From the NCBI RefSeq assembly GCF_009914755.1, contig NC_060926.1: DNA of 64,000 bases, one strand, 5' to 3'. Source of the stretch: the human T2T-CHM13v2.0 reference genome, Homo sapiens. A model generated the notes under the pieces. That model searched no databases. It was not told the origin of the DNA and saw nothing but the letters and a program-made list of their open reading frames with translations. Positions 47,449-64,000 of the stretch are shown here, piece after piece. A program made the translations under genes and the position numbers. The first letter of the stretch is position 1, and every line of letters starts with the position of its first letter.

Positions 47449-47742
47449 GGCTGGGCATGGGGGCTCACTTTGTAATCCTAGCTCTTTGGGAGGTCCAGGC
47501 GGGCAAATCACGAGGTCAAGAGATTGAGACCATCCTGGCCAAAATGGTGAAACCCTGTCTCTACTAAAAATACAAAAATTAGCTGGGCGTGGTGGCGCAT
47601 GCCTGTAGTCCCAGCTACTTGGGAGACTGAGGCAGGAGAATCGCTTGAACCTGGGGCAGGCGGAGGTTGCAGTGAGCCAAGATGACGCCACTGCACTCCA
47701 GCCTGGCAACAGAGCGAGACTCCGTCTCAAAAAAAAAAAAAA
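47449..47742 (+). mobile_element. AluS (Sc-like)
   Basis: TSD AAGAGTCAAGAGA. Confidence 0.95.
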
Positions 47743-50700
47743 AAGAGTCAAGAGAAGCCCCTGCCTTCAAGTGTACTCAGTGTTAAGGACTGCAGGGCCT
47801 CCCTGGTGGAGGTCAGCCATGTCCATTATAGATGTGTCTAGTTTGAGCACCTAAAGGTTGATAACTCAGGAAAGGCAGAGTGTCTGTAAATCCAAGGAAA
47901 CACTTAGGAAGGTTCAAGATCAGTGAACTCTTTCTGGTTTTTATAAATAGGTTCATATGCTGTCTGTAGCCTCCTTGACCCAAACTACCAACTCTGAAAC
48001 ATGAAAGAGTAGAGGAAGAAGAAGAGGAAGACTGGGTTGTTCTGTTTTAGACACAGGCTGAGTCATTGCAGCCAGATTCAATCAGTGCAAAAGAGAAGGA
48101 TTTGGAACAATTTGGTTAGTTTCCTTCCACCCAAATGTCTAGACACCCGAAGGGGTGTTCAGCCCGACCTCTCGCTATTCCTGTTAAAGGCTTCTCTTCA
48201 TGGAAAATGTCATTGGTTATATGGTTTGTTTGTATTATCTTTGAACTTAATGTATACTATTCTACCTTTGTCAACATTCATTCCCATTTTCTGTAAGCTT
48301 TAAACTATCCCAGATGCTGAGTAAATGTGCATTTGCTGGAATGTGGCTGGCCTCTGTAATCTGGTTGCACAATCACTACTCTCCCTCTCCAAATTCTGTA
48401 TAAAGTCAATTTTAAGTATGCATTGTCTGGGGCATTTATATCCTGTAGCTTAAGACAGATGCCAAAAGTGTAAAAAGGTAACCTTGATCTATTATTATTG
48501 GCGTCTATGCAGCTTAAAAGGAAAATGGACTCTCAAGTCTGAATGCTTATCTGCTGTTCTCAATCACTTAATGCTCCAAAGCGTATGCTGTGAATGTCAA
48601 TTCTTTAGTTGGCTGTCAAGGTACTTCCCACTAGGCATTTAGCTTCCAGTATGTTCTGTTCAGAAAATACCCAGAGCTTCAAGGATGTCAATTTGGGTAT
48701 CAAATATATGAATCCAGAGCAAAGTCATCTGATACATAGTTTTCTTCAGCACCGTACTGTGATCACCTTCCCTGTGTCCAAACTCTGCAGAGATACAGCG
48801 TCTTGTTTCATAATATTGTGCTTGAAAAAATGACACCCTAAATTGACTATGCAATACTGACAAGACATGGGGATGATAAAAATGCATGGCCCATGTACCT
48901 TTTTGCTGAGATTTAGATATTCTTCCCCATCCTCAATCCTCTGCCATATTTTTAAATTTTTTTGCTTTTTTATATTAAGCTGTAAATATGAAAGGATGAG
49001 GAAAGGCACAGCAAGGAAGAGCAAAGAGAACAAAGCTAATATAGAGAAGCATTAGCCTGGTCTCAGTAGAGAGACACAGTTTTGTGTATTGTTTATGAGT
49101 TACCCAGATAGGCTATGTTAACAGACCAAAGAAAGAAGATTTAAAGAAATAAATCTGATAACTTTAGAAAACATAGGGTGAGCCTGGGGAAAATATATTT
49201 GCTTTTGTCCAAAACAAGATCAATGCCACCTTTTTAAAAGGAAGCTTTAGAAAAAAGAAAAATCTCTACATGATATATAAGCTTTCTGGAGCTTCCCAGT
49301 ATCAATGGCTCTGTCTTTATGCTGGCATTTTAATTGACTTTCCCTCGTTTTTTTTTCCTTTGTTGACCAATCTTTTTAATGAGCAATTTTGTGTAGTCAA
49401 TTAGATCTAATTCTATTGATAAAGAAAACTGAAAATAAATGAAGTCCTAAAAGTCCAGCTTAAGCTATTAAATCATTGATTAACCAAATAAAAACTACAC
49501 ATATTTTTGGTTTAACCACTTGTTTAAGTTATATGTCAGCCTTTCTTCTATAGAAGTTGAGAAACTTGATTAATGAAAGCTGTTCTCTGTGGAAAAAAGA
49601 AGTTAGTTGTTCCATATGTCATAGAAAGGCTTGATCGGAACTGAGCAGACTGTAATTCTTTCCTTTCTGGAGGGAAATAGGAAATTCTTTCTGCAGCTTT
49701 TAGACTCTGATCTCAAAGCTAAATTAATTATTTTTATCTTTAGGATTTTTCTTTATTTGAGACCCACCATAGCAGGTTGCACTCATGACTAGTGGAGGAG
49801 GCAGCTGCAACCCTTGTGTAAATTTCAGGATTTTGCACTTACCCGACTCCTCTAATACGCCACACACCTAAAACACCATTGTTAACAATGTGGGTCTTTA
49901 AATCTTCTGAGGCTTCAAAAGCTGTAATCAGTTCAAAACTGTAGCTTGATCAAAGGCCTGCGTGTAAGGAAAAGAATGCTAAAAAAAGAAAATCTTTTGG
50001 AAAAATCATAATTTTGCCTCAGGCTAGATCTGAAGTACTAACCCACTGAGTTATACTTCTGAAGTTTAGGAGAGTGCTGTGTTTTCATCTTGGATATAGA
50101 AAGGTGGTGAATTGCCTTCAATTTCTCCTTCCTGGCTTGAAAACAAAGCAATTGTGAAAGTCTAATCCAACTGCATTCTAGCCAGTGCCCAGTGAGAAGA
50201 TGCCCACGGGGCTGTTCAGCATCGTAGATTCATTCACTGCCCGTAACTGGCTTGTTGAACAAGGAGGTGTGAGTTTGGCAGTGGGTGGTTAAAGTTAGTA
50301 TATTTGGCACAGCAGAGAGTTGTCCATCATTGAAAAGAGAGACGATGAATGTTGCTTCTAGGAATCTTCTCCCTCAATACACAATGCAAGGAGGGCTGGT
50401 AATGGTGAATGAGGAATATGGCCAGGGATATGGAAGGCCGGACTACTCAGGATTTGAGGAATGGGCTGTATCAGCTCATTCCTAATATATGCTGGGGATA
50501 AAAAGATGAGGGGACACACCTGGCTTAATTACTTACAGTCTTGTCAGCTTTACATGCAAGTAGATGACTTTGCAAATAAATAAAATATATACAATAATAT
50601 TTGAACTAGGCCCAGAATTTAGAAGTAATACTGAGTTAGGAGTAATGACTTCATTGTTCTGAAAACAAGTTCGAGTTTCCTATGCATTAAGGTAAGATGA

Positions 50701-50809
50701 AATGTTTATTCAGAATGTACAACTGACAAGAGATCTTCACATTAGTGTACTCTGTCCCTCTGTCCCTTTTATCTAGACTCTAATGCCCTCATTTTCAAGT
50801 AGTAAGATA

Positions 50810-50859
50810 GTGTATGTGTGTGTGTGTGCGTGCATGTGTGTGTGCGTGTGTGTGTGTGT
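50810..50859. repeat. (TG)n microsatellite
   Basis: Interrupted TG run. Confidence 0.9.
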
Positions 50860-51399
50860 TTTAAGTGAAAAGGGTGGTGGAACAAAAGTTGTTTGTACCT
50901 CTGCTTCCCATCTCCTAAGGGAAATAAATTGTCCTTAGCTTTCTTTGCTATTACTTCCATTTGTTAGCAAAATTTGACTTTTACAGGCTTATGCTGATAA
51001 CTAAGCCAGAATAAATGAAGTGAGAGCCATACAGATTCATGACTGAGATGTGTAAGGGATTTGCACAAAAGGATACAGTTTATGGTTTAATTCCTCAAGG
51101 AAAGTATCATATGCAAGTGAGTCATTTTTGCATGACCTCAGCTGAGAAGAAGCTGGATTGAAAGAAATTCCAAAGACATGGAAGAATGGCAGTTAGTTTA
51201 TAAGAGGTATTTGGAAAATCATATAGTTATTCATTCTGACACACACCAAACACCGGATTTCACAATGCAGGAGCAAATAAAAATAAAGAAAGAACAAAAC
51301 ACCAAAAAAGGAGTAGAATCTTACCTTAATAGGTAATGAATTATTAAGTGTATGCTACAAAGGAAAAAAAGGGAAATAGAACAATGTTGTTGAAAAAAC

Positions 51400-51580
51400 T
51401 TTATGTGATGATGAAAATGTTTACACCAACATTATTCAATACAGTAGTCACTAGCCATATGTGGCTATTGAGTGCTTAAAATGTTTCTGATGTGAATAAA
51501 TAACTGAATTTTACGTTTTTCTCTAATTTTAGTGAATTTAAACTTAGTTACATTTGGCTAGTACTTCTATCTTAGCCTGT
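51400..51580. mobile_element. MER3-like hAT DNA transposon fragment
   Basis: GTGATGATGAAAATGTT...CAATACAGTAGTCACTAGCCATATGTGGCTATTGAG. Confidence 0.65.
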
Positions 51581-51929
51581 CTCAAAAATAGCACTAAAGA
51601 TGAGGAATACCAAATTCTTCTCTAAAATCTTTCACAATTTCATTGGCTGATCTCCACCAAATATCTCCTTTGTATTTTATTTTCCTGTCTTTAAAATGGT
51701 GCTTACAATTCATAGTCTCTAAGTAAAAACATTAGTGACATAATATGATTTAAATACAAGGTTATTCAATATAAATGTCCTATTGATAGATTTCTAATCT
51801 AAGAGGTAAGATATTTGGAAGTTAATTTCAACTTGTATTGAATTACTAAGGGTAGCATAATTACAGAAATGATTATGAAAAGTTCTGTCTGCTCAAAAAG
51901 CTTAAACAAACATAGAAAGATAGATGGTG

Positions 51930-52284
<355 letters not shown>

Positions 52285-52338
52285 TCAATTAAGTAATGGG
52301 AAAATAGATGAGGGGGCAATAAACTCTGACTTGGAGAA

Positions 52339-52700
52339 TGTATTAGTCTATCTTCACACTGCTGATAAAGACATACCCAAGACTGGGTAATTTATAGAGA
52401 AAAAGAGGTGTAATGGACTCACAGTTCCACGTGGCTGGGGAGGCCTCATAATCACGGTGGAAGGCGAAAGGCATGTCTTACATGGTGGTAGATAAGGAGA
52501 ATGAAAGCCAAGTGAAAAAGGAAACCCCTTATTAAACCATCAGATCTTGTGAGACTTTTTCACTGCCATGAGAACAGTATGAGGAAAACCACCCCATGAT
52601 TCACTTATATTCCACTGGGTCCCTCCCACAACACGTGGGAATTATGGGAGCTACAATTCATGATGAGATTTGTATGAGGACACAGAGCCAAACCGTATCA
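52339..52700 (-). mobile_element. THE1 (B/C-like) solo LTR
   Basis: TGTATTAGTC...GCTGATAAAGACATACCCAAGACTGGG...CCAAACCGTATCA; TSD GAGA(A/G). Confidence 0.9.
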
Positions 52701-52709
52701 GAGAGAACT

Positions 52710-53600
52710 GGGATATTGAAAGACAAAGTTGAATTTGGGCTGAGTGTGACACAGCAGGAAGAAAAGCCTTTCTAAGCAAAATAGTGTGGCATGAGCACAG
52801 GCATAGAGGGAAAGTCAGAGCCTTCAGTACGTGATGAATTAGTCTGGTCTGGCTCTAGGGCAGCACATTGCTAGTTAGGACTGGTGGGAAACGTAGGTTG
52901 AACTGATTTTCTAGGGGGCCTAAAATGCCCACTATGGATTTGTATTGATATTCTGGAGGCAATGAAGTGAAACTAGAAGGTTTTGGATAAATGAGAAACA
53001 AGATAAGATCTGTGATTTTGAAGAATAACTCTAGTGTCAGTGTCAATGAACTTGCAGAGAAAGATGTGCAAGGATGAAGATTAATTGGGAGAATATAGAA
53101 AGCGGTCAAGCAAAAGGTGGTAAGATTAACTAGGATCCTAATGAAGCATCAATAAAAAGCGACCTTATAAGGATTGAGTAAAGTCCACAAAATCTGGTGA
53201 CCCAACTCACGTGGGTGTTCAGGGAAGACAGCAAGACAAAGGTAACTAGGTTTTAAGTTTAGGTGGCTAAGTGATAACATTCATCAAACCAGGGAGCAAG
53301 GAGAAGTCTGGGCTTGTTGATTTTGAAGCATTAGCTTGGCATCCTTTTAGAGATTAACAAATAAATACAGACATGAATGGGAGTCTTCTAATAGACATTA
53401 GGCCTGCATCAGAATCAACATGTCCAAACCTGAGCAAACATCTATTGGATGTCCAACTGGGTGTTGGAAATGCAAATCTTGGTCTCAACAGAGAGGTCAG
53501 AAATAGCTATCTGATTCATGTGAGTAGAAATGATACTGAAAGTTGTAAAGGTGTGACTTTAGTTAAGAAGAGAACATTGTGTAGCTCACAAAAAAGAATA
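52710..53600 (-). mobile_element. L2 relics
   Basis: Purine-rich diverged text, e.g. TGATTTTGAAGAATAACTCTAGTG, typical of antisense L2. Confidence 0.45.
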
Positions 53601-55201
53601 AGGGCAGGTCCTTGGGGGCAGGAGTCAGCAAGGGAGATGGAGAAGTAAAAATAGAATTCGAAGAACTCAGGAAGAAAGTAATCAAGTCAAGAAAATAATA
53701 GATTGTATATACTGGAATCTAAGCACCAATTAAAATGCAAACACAAAACATGCTGTTAATTACTTTCTGTAAATCACTTTCTACCTGAGCAGGCCCCAGA
53801 GTGGGACAAAGATAGGGAAACTTCATGTAAACAGTGGTTGTTTGACAGAAAGACCAATGTCTGGGGGTGGGTAGGGTTTAAGAAGCAATAGACGCAGCAA
53901 AAGAGGTGTTCCCTGCAATGTGAGATCTCATACAATTGAGGGGAAGATGGGAGTGGGGAGATGCTTTTGGTGCTCACATCACATCCCTGGACCCACTTAA
54001 TTAGGCAGTTGAGACTCTGAGTGAGCCAATGTTAGTTATCAGCAATGACAAATAATCAAAATAATCAATGATCCGCTGTTTCTTTCTGTCTGGACCCTGA
54101 GCAAGTTGCATCAACTCTCTGAATCTCGGTTTCCTCCCATCAAAAAGAGGTTTAATTACAGGATTCATAGCGGTGAGGATTAAATAAGATGATGCATCTG
54201 ACACAACTGGGGGTTAATTAATGTTAGTTCCCTTCCGCTTTTGCTCCTCTTCATGGTTTTGTACCAGGCATGTCCAACCAATGAGTATTCCTAATGTGTC
54301 AGTGGAATGCAGTGTTTCCATGTTAGAAGAAATCTCAGGCCCCTGACAAAGGACAATTTTATCTCACCCGAAGCTGGTTCCATAAATACTTTGTTGCATA
54401 AACGAATGAATAATCACTGAATCAGTCAATCAATCCTGTTCATTTAGCTCCCCCATCCAGGACCTACACTCTTGAACCACCTCGGACTGCTTGGAAATCA
54501 GAAATTTTGGGGTCAGTTTCTCTCCATTCACTTTGAAGCTAATTCTAGCTTTGGGGGTATACAATTTAAAAAGAGTGAAAGATAGACAAAAAGGTAATTA
54601 CCTACATCAGACAATTTAGAAATTAACCCATTTTTATCCCATATGGCAGCAGAGGTATTAATGACTATTTTCCAGGGTAACAGGAATAGGATGGGTTAGG
54701 GGTCAGGACTGAGAATTTTTTCAAGATTATGCCTGAATGGTCACACCATAGGGTCTATATAATCCACTGAAAAAAAAAAATCATGTATCCGAGTAATTTA
54801 AGTCAATCTGTGTACGGTGGTTAGGGAGAAGAGTTATGGGTTAGGTTGATCTATCAGTCTGATCTATATTTTATCACTGAAGGGGAAATATAAATATAGT
54901 TTTAAGAGGTATGTTCAAAGCTTATATCAGAACAATGCTTTTCTATAATGAGTGAGAGAGTTCAAAATATATGCTTTACCTCAGAAAATTGGCACATACG
55001 GGAGCTAAATGAGGAGGATTGATTGAATGATTCACTGAGTAATTCACCCTTTTAAGCAACAAAGTATTTATTGAACCATACCATGTTCCACATTATTTAC
55101 CAGGAGCTAGAAAAAACTGTGGATTAGATAAACAGGATCCCTGTTTTCACAGCATGCAGTCTAGTAGGTAAGATGAGCACTGCATAAGTAACTGTAAGTA
55201 A

Positions 55202-55523
<322 letters not shown>

Positions 55524-55619
55524 GTAAGATCAGTTTTATAAAGGCATTATAGACACACACAAGAAGAGACCCTTCACCTAGTAAGTGGGAATATAGTAAC
55601 AACAATAATAATGATTAGA

Positions 55620-55850
55620 GATAACAGTTGTACAGTGTTTACTATGGACCAGGCACTGTTTAAAACACTTTACATATATCATTTTTAAAATGATTTTATA
55701 AATCTACTTGTCAACACTATGCAGTAAGTACTGTTGTTACCTCATTTTAACAGATGAAGAAACTGAGTCCCAGAAAGGTTCAGTAACTCGCCCAAGTTCT
55801 CATGGTCAGTATGTGGCAAAGGCAAGATTTTAATCCAGATGTGAGGCCCA
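55620..55850 (-). mobile_element. MIR
   Basis: CCAGGCACTGTT...CATTTTAACAGATGAAGAAACTGAG...AACTCGCCCAAG. Confidence 0.8.
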
Positions 55851-56359
55851 AAAGTGCACGCACTTAGTAACTGGAATTTAGAAAAACAGACATAGCTAAG
55901 CAATTTAATAAATTGATCTGTTTCATCTTGTGTATTTTAGGCCAGGAAGAGACACAGAGAAATCCATTTTTAACAACCTGATTTATGAAAGCTGTTATTG
56001 ACCAGCTACTTTGGCAACTATAGTTGTAATACTTTTGACTTGTGTTTTTATTGACTGCATCTAGTTTTAGTGTCTGTCTCCAACAGAAGCCTGATCAGGC
56101 CCTAACTAGTGTGTACCTTCATAATTCACATGGCCTGTGTTTGTGCTCATAGGAACAAGAACAGCAAGAACAGTAGCTGTTGCTCAGAACACAAAAGAGA
56201 AGATAAGCCCAAAAGATAGACTGTGTGAACTGAACAGGCTTCTTCACAGCCTTTCCCACACTTGCTGGTATCACAGAGGTGATGCAACCTGAGGCTCAAG
56301 CATGATATCAATGCCCAACTGATGCTGCATGAAGTAACACTCACTCTTCTGTGGATACT

Positions 56360-56580
56360 GGAACAGATGCTTTTGGTGCTCACATTACATCCCTGGACCC
56401 CCTTCTGAATCCTGTGCAGTTGTGTGGACAGTTCCATGTAGGCTTTTTGCTCTTCTGCCTCAGGGCTTTCATCAAAGTCAGGGCAGCCTAGTCAGCTCAG
56501 AAAGCGAGTGTGGGGGAGCTTTGCAGTGAAAGCTAAGCTACCAGGGGCAACTCTCAACCCATGACGGGTGGAGCTACAAC
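56360..56580. mobile_element. LTR16-like (ERVL) fragment
   Basis: CAGATGCTTTTGGTGC...CTGCCTCAGGGCTTT...GGGGCAACTCTCAACCCATGA resemble recalled LTR16-family motifs. Confidence 0.5.
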
Positions 56581-57190
56581 ATTATTTTAGTCTGCACAGT
56601 TAAGTCACAAAAGGTGAAGCATAAAGACAGAAAGGCAAATATTAGGACAAAACACATAATCATCCAAAATTTGGATGGTGCCAGGGAAAGGAATGAGAAA
56701 TGGAACAATATGTATTTTGTCATTGCTTATAGTAAGGAATTAACAGTCTTTCAAAAGAAATACAGGATTAAGGACATTGTATAATGTCAATCATACAGAA
56801 CAAATATGAAAACCTTTTAAGTCATAAGAATTAAGATAGCCACAAAGCAAAGAAAATACAGATCTTATAGAAAACCATACAAAGTAAGAATAAAAACTGA
56901 GATGAAGGTGGTGTAAAATATTACATACTTCTAAGATCAAACATTATTTTCACATTAATAAATGTATTAATGGACAAATTTGCCTATTCAAAATCCCAAA
57001 AAAAGATTTTTTTTTTTGGAAATTGTAAAGCTAAATTTAATTGTAGGCTTTATACAACAGATACTTAAAACAAAAAAACAAAATAAGAAAAGTTGTAAAT
57101 TAAATTATGGGAAAATGCATGTGAGAAAAATGCAAGCAAACAATTAGGAAAGCAGGGGTTACAACCTTAGTATTAGAAAAAGTAAATAGG

Positions 57191-57489
57191 AACTGCGCAC
57201 GGTGGCTCACGCCTATAATCCCAGCACTTTGGGAGGCCGAGGCGGGTGGATCACGAGGTCAGGAGTTTGAGACCATCCTGGCTAACACAATGAAACCCCG
57301 TCTCTATTAAAATACAAAAATTAGCCAGGCATGGTGGCAGGCACCTGTAGTCCCAGCTACTCGGGTGGCTGAGGCAGGAGAATGGTGTGAACCCGGGAGG
57401 CAAGCTTACAGTGAGCCGAGATCACACCACTGCACTCCAGCTTGGGCGACAGAGTGAGACTCCGTCTCAAAAAAAAAGAAAAAGAAAAA
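57191..57489 (+). mobile_element. AluY-like
   Basis: CCATCCTGGCTAACAC and GAATGGTGTGAACCCGGG. Confidence 0.95.
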
Positions 57490-57692
57490 TAAGTAGGGGG
57501 AAAAAAAGGCATTTGATGATACAATTATAGTCAACTTAGATTGGTAAAGAATGAAATTTACGATAGTGTTTAATAATTAGGAATAGCCATATACCAAATA
57601 ATGTAGTATTAATAATCATAAAGTAAATAGCACAGGAAACACAAAGAAAAAAGAATCATACTATGAGAAAAAGACTTAGCCTGTTCTCAGAC

Positions 57693-60572
<2,880 letters not shown>

Positions 60573-60952
60573 CATTTTATGTTTAATCAAGTTTTGAAAA
60601 TAAGAATGTAGGAGACCTAAATAATATAATTAACAAGGCTCTTCTACTTGATTTTCTACTCTGAAGGCAGAACATATTTTCAGGTAACCATGGAACTATC
60701 ACAAATCTTGGCCACAAAAAAAATTGCCAAATCCTAAAAATCAATAACAATAAAGGTAACAATCTCAGACCTATGTATTGCACTAAAATTAATGTAGTAG
60801 AAGTTTAAAAATAAACAAAAATACCATGCTACCTCTAAATTAGAAGAATCTTTTTTAAAAATACTCTTGGGTCAAAGACTCAAATACGTATTAGCACTAT
60901 GGATTTGGTTAGAGAGGTTCTTGGAAGAAAATACCTAACATGAAAGTCTTAC

Positions 60953-61020
60953 ATCAATAAACAAGAAATAATACAATAAAACAAGAAATAATATCAATAA
61001 AACAAGAAATAATACAAATA
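60953..61020 (+). repeat. ~20-bp A-rich tandem repeat x3
   Basis: CAATAAA(A)CAAGAAATAATA occurs three times. Confidence 0.85.
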
Positions 61021-61369
61021 GATGAGTTAAACATTCAGATTAAAAAGATGGGGAAAAACCCACAACAAATCTAATAAAAGTAGACATAATTAATGAGATA
61101 AATATAAAAATATATATTAAAAATAATGAAATAACACAATTACAAAATTTGTAAGCAAATTTCTGAGTTATTTTCTTGAAGTGTGTAAAATTTCAATCCA
61201 TTAGCTAACCTAATTATGAAAAAAGACAATGTAAAACTACTTAAACAAAAAATTACAATATGAGAAGTTCCCAAAAGCATATTGAAAGAAACTGAAGACA
61301 TAACTTAGCTCAATACTTTGCAAGTAACTTTGAAGATGTTAATGGAATAATGACCATTCAAAATTATCA

Positions 61370-61771
61370 CGTTCTAATCCCTCAGATTTGTAAATGTTGC
61401 CCTATTTGGGACAAGTGTCTTTACAGATGTGATTAAGCTAAAGATTTTGAGATGAGATTACCCCATATTATCCAGATGGCCCCTAAATGCAATGACAAGT
61501 GTCCTTTTAAAAAAGAAACAGAAGAAGGCAATATGACCATAGAAGAACAGACTAGACTTATGTGGCCACAAGCCAAGAAACACCTAGAGCCACCAGAAGC
61601 TGGAAGAAGTACAGTACGGAACCTCCCCTAGATTCTTCAAACAGAGCAGGTTTAGGCTGACACCATGGTTTCAGAACTCTGGCCTCCAGAACTGTGAGAC
61701 AGTGAATTTCTATTGTTTTAAGTCTTCTAGTTGGTGGCAATTTGTTACAGCAGCCCAGGAAATTAGTAACA
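61370..61771 (+). mobile_element. MLT1 (B/C/D-like) LTR
   Basis: GTCTTTACAGATGTGATTAAG...GAGCCACCAGAAGCTGGAAGA...GGCCTCCAGAACTGTGAG...TTTGTTACAGCAGCCCAGGAAA. Confidence 0.85.
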
Positions 61772-63144
61772 GAATAAAATATATGAATCTTAAGTGCACA
61801 ATTCTCCACATATTTTTAATTTAAAGTGTTGTATCTATCACTTCCATTTCCTTTTTTCCGTGTTAACTCCTGTCCCCATAGTCTCACCTTCTAGCCCCAA
61901 TTTATAGCACATGCAAAGGCCCTGGGGCAAGAAAGAAAGTAGCCTGTTCAAGAAACTTGAAGAAGACCAGTGTCTCCAGAGCATGGTAAACAGGGTAGTG
62001 GGTGGCACCTGATAAAGGTTTTTCCTGACAAAAGACAATTCCCAGTGTAAGACGAATTCTGGTACCAGATATTAAGCTAATGTGTACTAATTCATCTATG
62101 CACTGTTTATCTGATGTTGTTGCTCAAGGTCTGGGTGAGTTACACAATGAAACAATTAGAGGACAGCTTAAAAATGAAAACAGTAAGGCCAAATTAGTGA
62201 AGCAGAAAGATCTCCTTTATAACAAGAGTAGCTACATTGACTTCAAATGCTTCAACCCAGGAATGGATTTAAACAAACACGTACGACACATTAAAGATTG
62301 GTGCCACAAATGTGCTGTTTCATAAACAGTGGCAGTTACTTCAACATCTCAACCTACTCGGTATGTTCAAATAAAATGAAAGGACTTAGAGCAAATGATT
62401 GCTTCTGCTTATTTTTATTTCATTGTTTGGCTGTTTGCATTACTATACACTCAATATTTTTCTCATGGATTATCAAAAGAAATCAGAAACAGCTGCTGCT
62501 GGCTGCAAGATTATTTGTTTGAAGTACCATGTCACTCCTCTTAAAACACACACACACACTAACACTAGCACTGAACCACGGTCAAGTAGGCAGTGATGAA
62601 AAATATTCAATCAGAAATAATGTGCATCCCTCCCTCCCTCTGACTCCAAGATAAATATATCAAGTCTGTAAAGAGCAAAGAACTGACCATTGTTTTCATC
62701 CCCTTCTTTTCTATCTCCTTAAAAATCATGGATACTTTTGTTTTAGTTTGAGATTTTTGTTGAATCTGCAAGTGCATCAAGTCTACTTCCAGATTAAATC
62801 CCCATTATCATTTTTTAGTGTTTTCATCTGCTTTTGTGGGTTAGCACTATCTTGCTAGCAGTTACTTAATGAGGTACATGGTAATATATTTGGTACAGAC
62901 TACTTTGCCTACGTAACTACTCAGGTGTAACTGTTTTCCTCGTCTAATAAGAACTTCTACTCTTCAGATCCAGGCATTTCAGATCAATGTTGTCTTCTGT
63001 TTTCCAGAAAGCTAACATATAATTCAAGGAATCTCTGTTATTTATTTATTATAATACTCTTATCATTTGGAGGTGTATTTGGAAAACTACATCTCTTTCC
63101 CTTTGGTACAGCTTGGTTTAGATTACAGAAGTATGTGGGAGCAT

Positions 63145-64000
63145 GAGAAAAACAACCCCATTAGAAAGTGGGCAAAGGGCATGAACAGACATTTCTCAAA
63201 AGAAGACATACATGTGGCCAACAAGCATAGGAATAAAGCTCAATATCACTGATCATTAGAGAAATGCAAATCAAAACCACAATGAGATACCATCTCTCAC
63301 CAGTCGGAATAGCTCTTATTAAGAAGTCAAAAAATAACAGATGCTGGAAAGGTAGTGGAGAAAATGGAACACTTATACACAGTTGGTGGGAGTGTAAATT
63401 GGTTCAACCATTGTGGAAAACAGTATGGTGATTCCTCAAAGAGATAGAAGCAGAACTGCCATTCAACCTAGCAATCCCATTACTTGATATGTGCCCAGAG
63501 GAATATAAATTGTTCTACCATAAAGACACATGCATGTGAATGTTCACTGCAGCACTATTCATGATAGCAAAGATATGGAATCCACCTAAATGCCCATCAA
63601 TGACAGATTGGATTAAAAAATGTGGCACATATACACCATGGAATATTATGCACCCATAAAAGAGAACGAGATCATATCTTTTGCTGGAACATGAATGGAG
63701 CTGGAGGCTATTATCCTTAGCAAACTAACACAAGAACACAAAACCAAAACTGCATGTTCTCACTTATAAGTGGGAGCTAAATGATAAGAACTCATGGACA
63801 CAAAAAAGGAAACAACAGACACTCAGATCTACTTGAGAGGGGAGGGTGGAGGAGGGGGAGCAGCAGAAAAGATACTATTGGGTACTAGGCTTAACACCTG
63901 AGTGATGAAATAATCTGTATAACAAACCCCCAGGACATATGTTGACCTATGTAACACACCTTTATATGCACCCTCAAACCTAAAATAAAAGTTAAAAAAA
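63145..64000 (+). mobile_element. L1PA (PA13-16-like) 3' end, 5'-truncated
   Basis: ORF2 C-terminal text (AAGTGGGCAAAG..GAACAGACATTTCTCAAAAGAAGAC), 3' UTR and CTAAAATAAAAGTTAAAA terminus at the window end. Confidence 0.92.

Noticed and set aside
63067-63252. ORF with L1 ORF2-like peptide ([15 protein letters not shown])
   Set aside because: A fragment of a 5'-truncated, frameshifted L1PA; not an active element.

Overview
Primate (human-like) non-coding genomic DNA, either intergenic or deep intronic. It is AT-rich and dominated by interspersed repeats. I count about 23 Alu dimers and 3 Alu monomers or fragments, two full MaLR proviruses (THE1D-like at 2.9-5.1 kb; MST-like at 57.7-60.3 kb), and solo LTRs (MER4A-like, MSTA, LTR12C/ERV9, a MER4-group LTR, MLT2, THE1, MLT1). 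L1, L2, MIR and hAT DNA-transposon relics and several microsatellites are also present. No protein-coding gene, RNA gene or CRISPR array is supported: the listed ORFs are Alu/LTR-derived or chance ORFs. I cannot support a new biological system here. The best second-look items are local mutational or regulatory features: (1) a solo LTR12C with an expanded G-quadruplex/GC-box minisatellite, a G15 tract in its core promoter and a perfect splice donor downstream; (2) a perfect 19-bp CpG-retaining hairpin at an MST LTR end; (3) two short, near-identical dispersed duplications that look like templated insertions; (4) a 245-bp tandem duplication across an LTR/PPT junction; (5) a twin-primed inverted L1. 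Subfamily names come from recalled consensus motifs and need RepeatMasker/Dfam confirmation.
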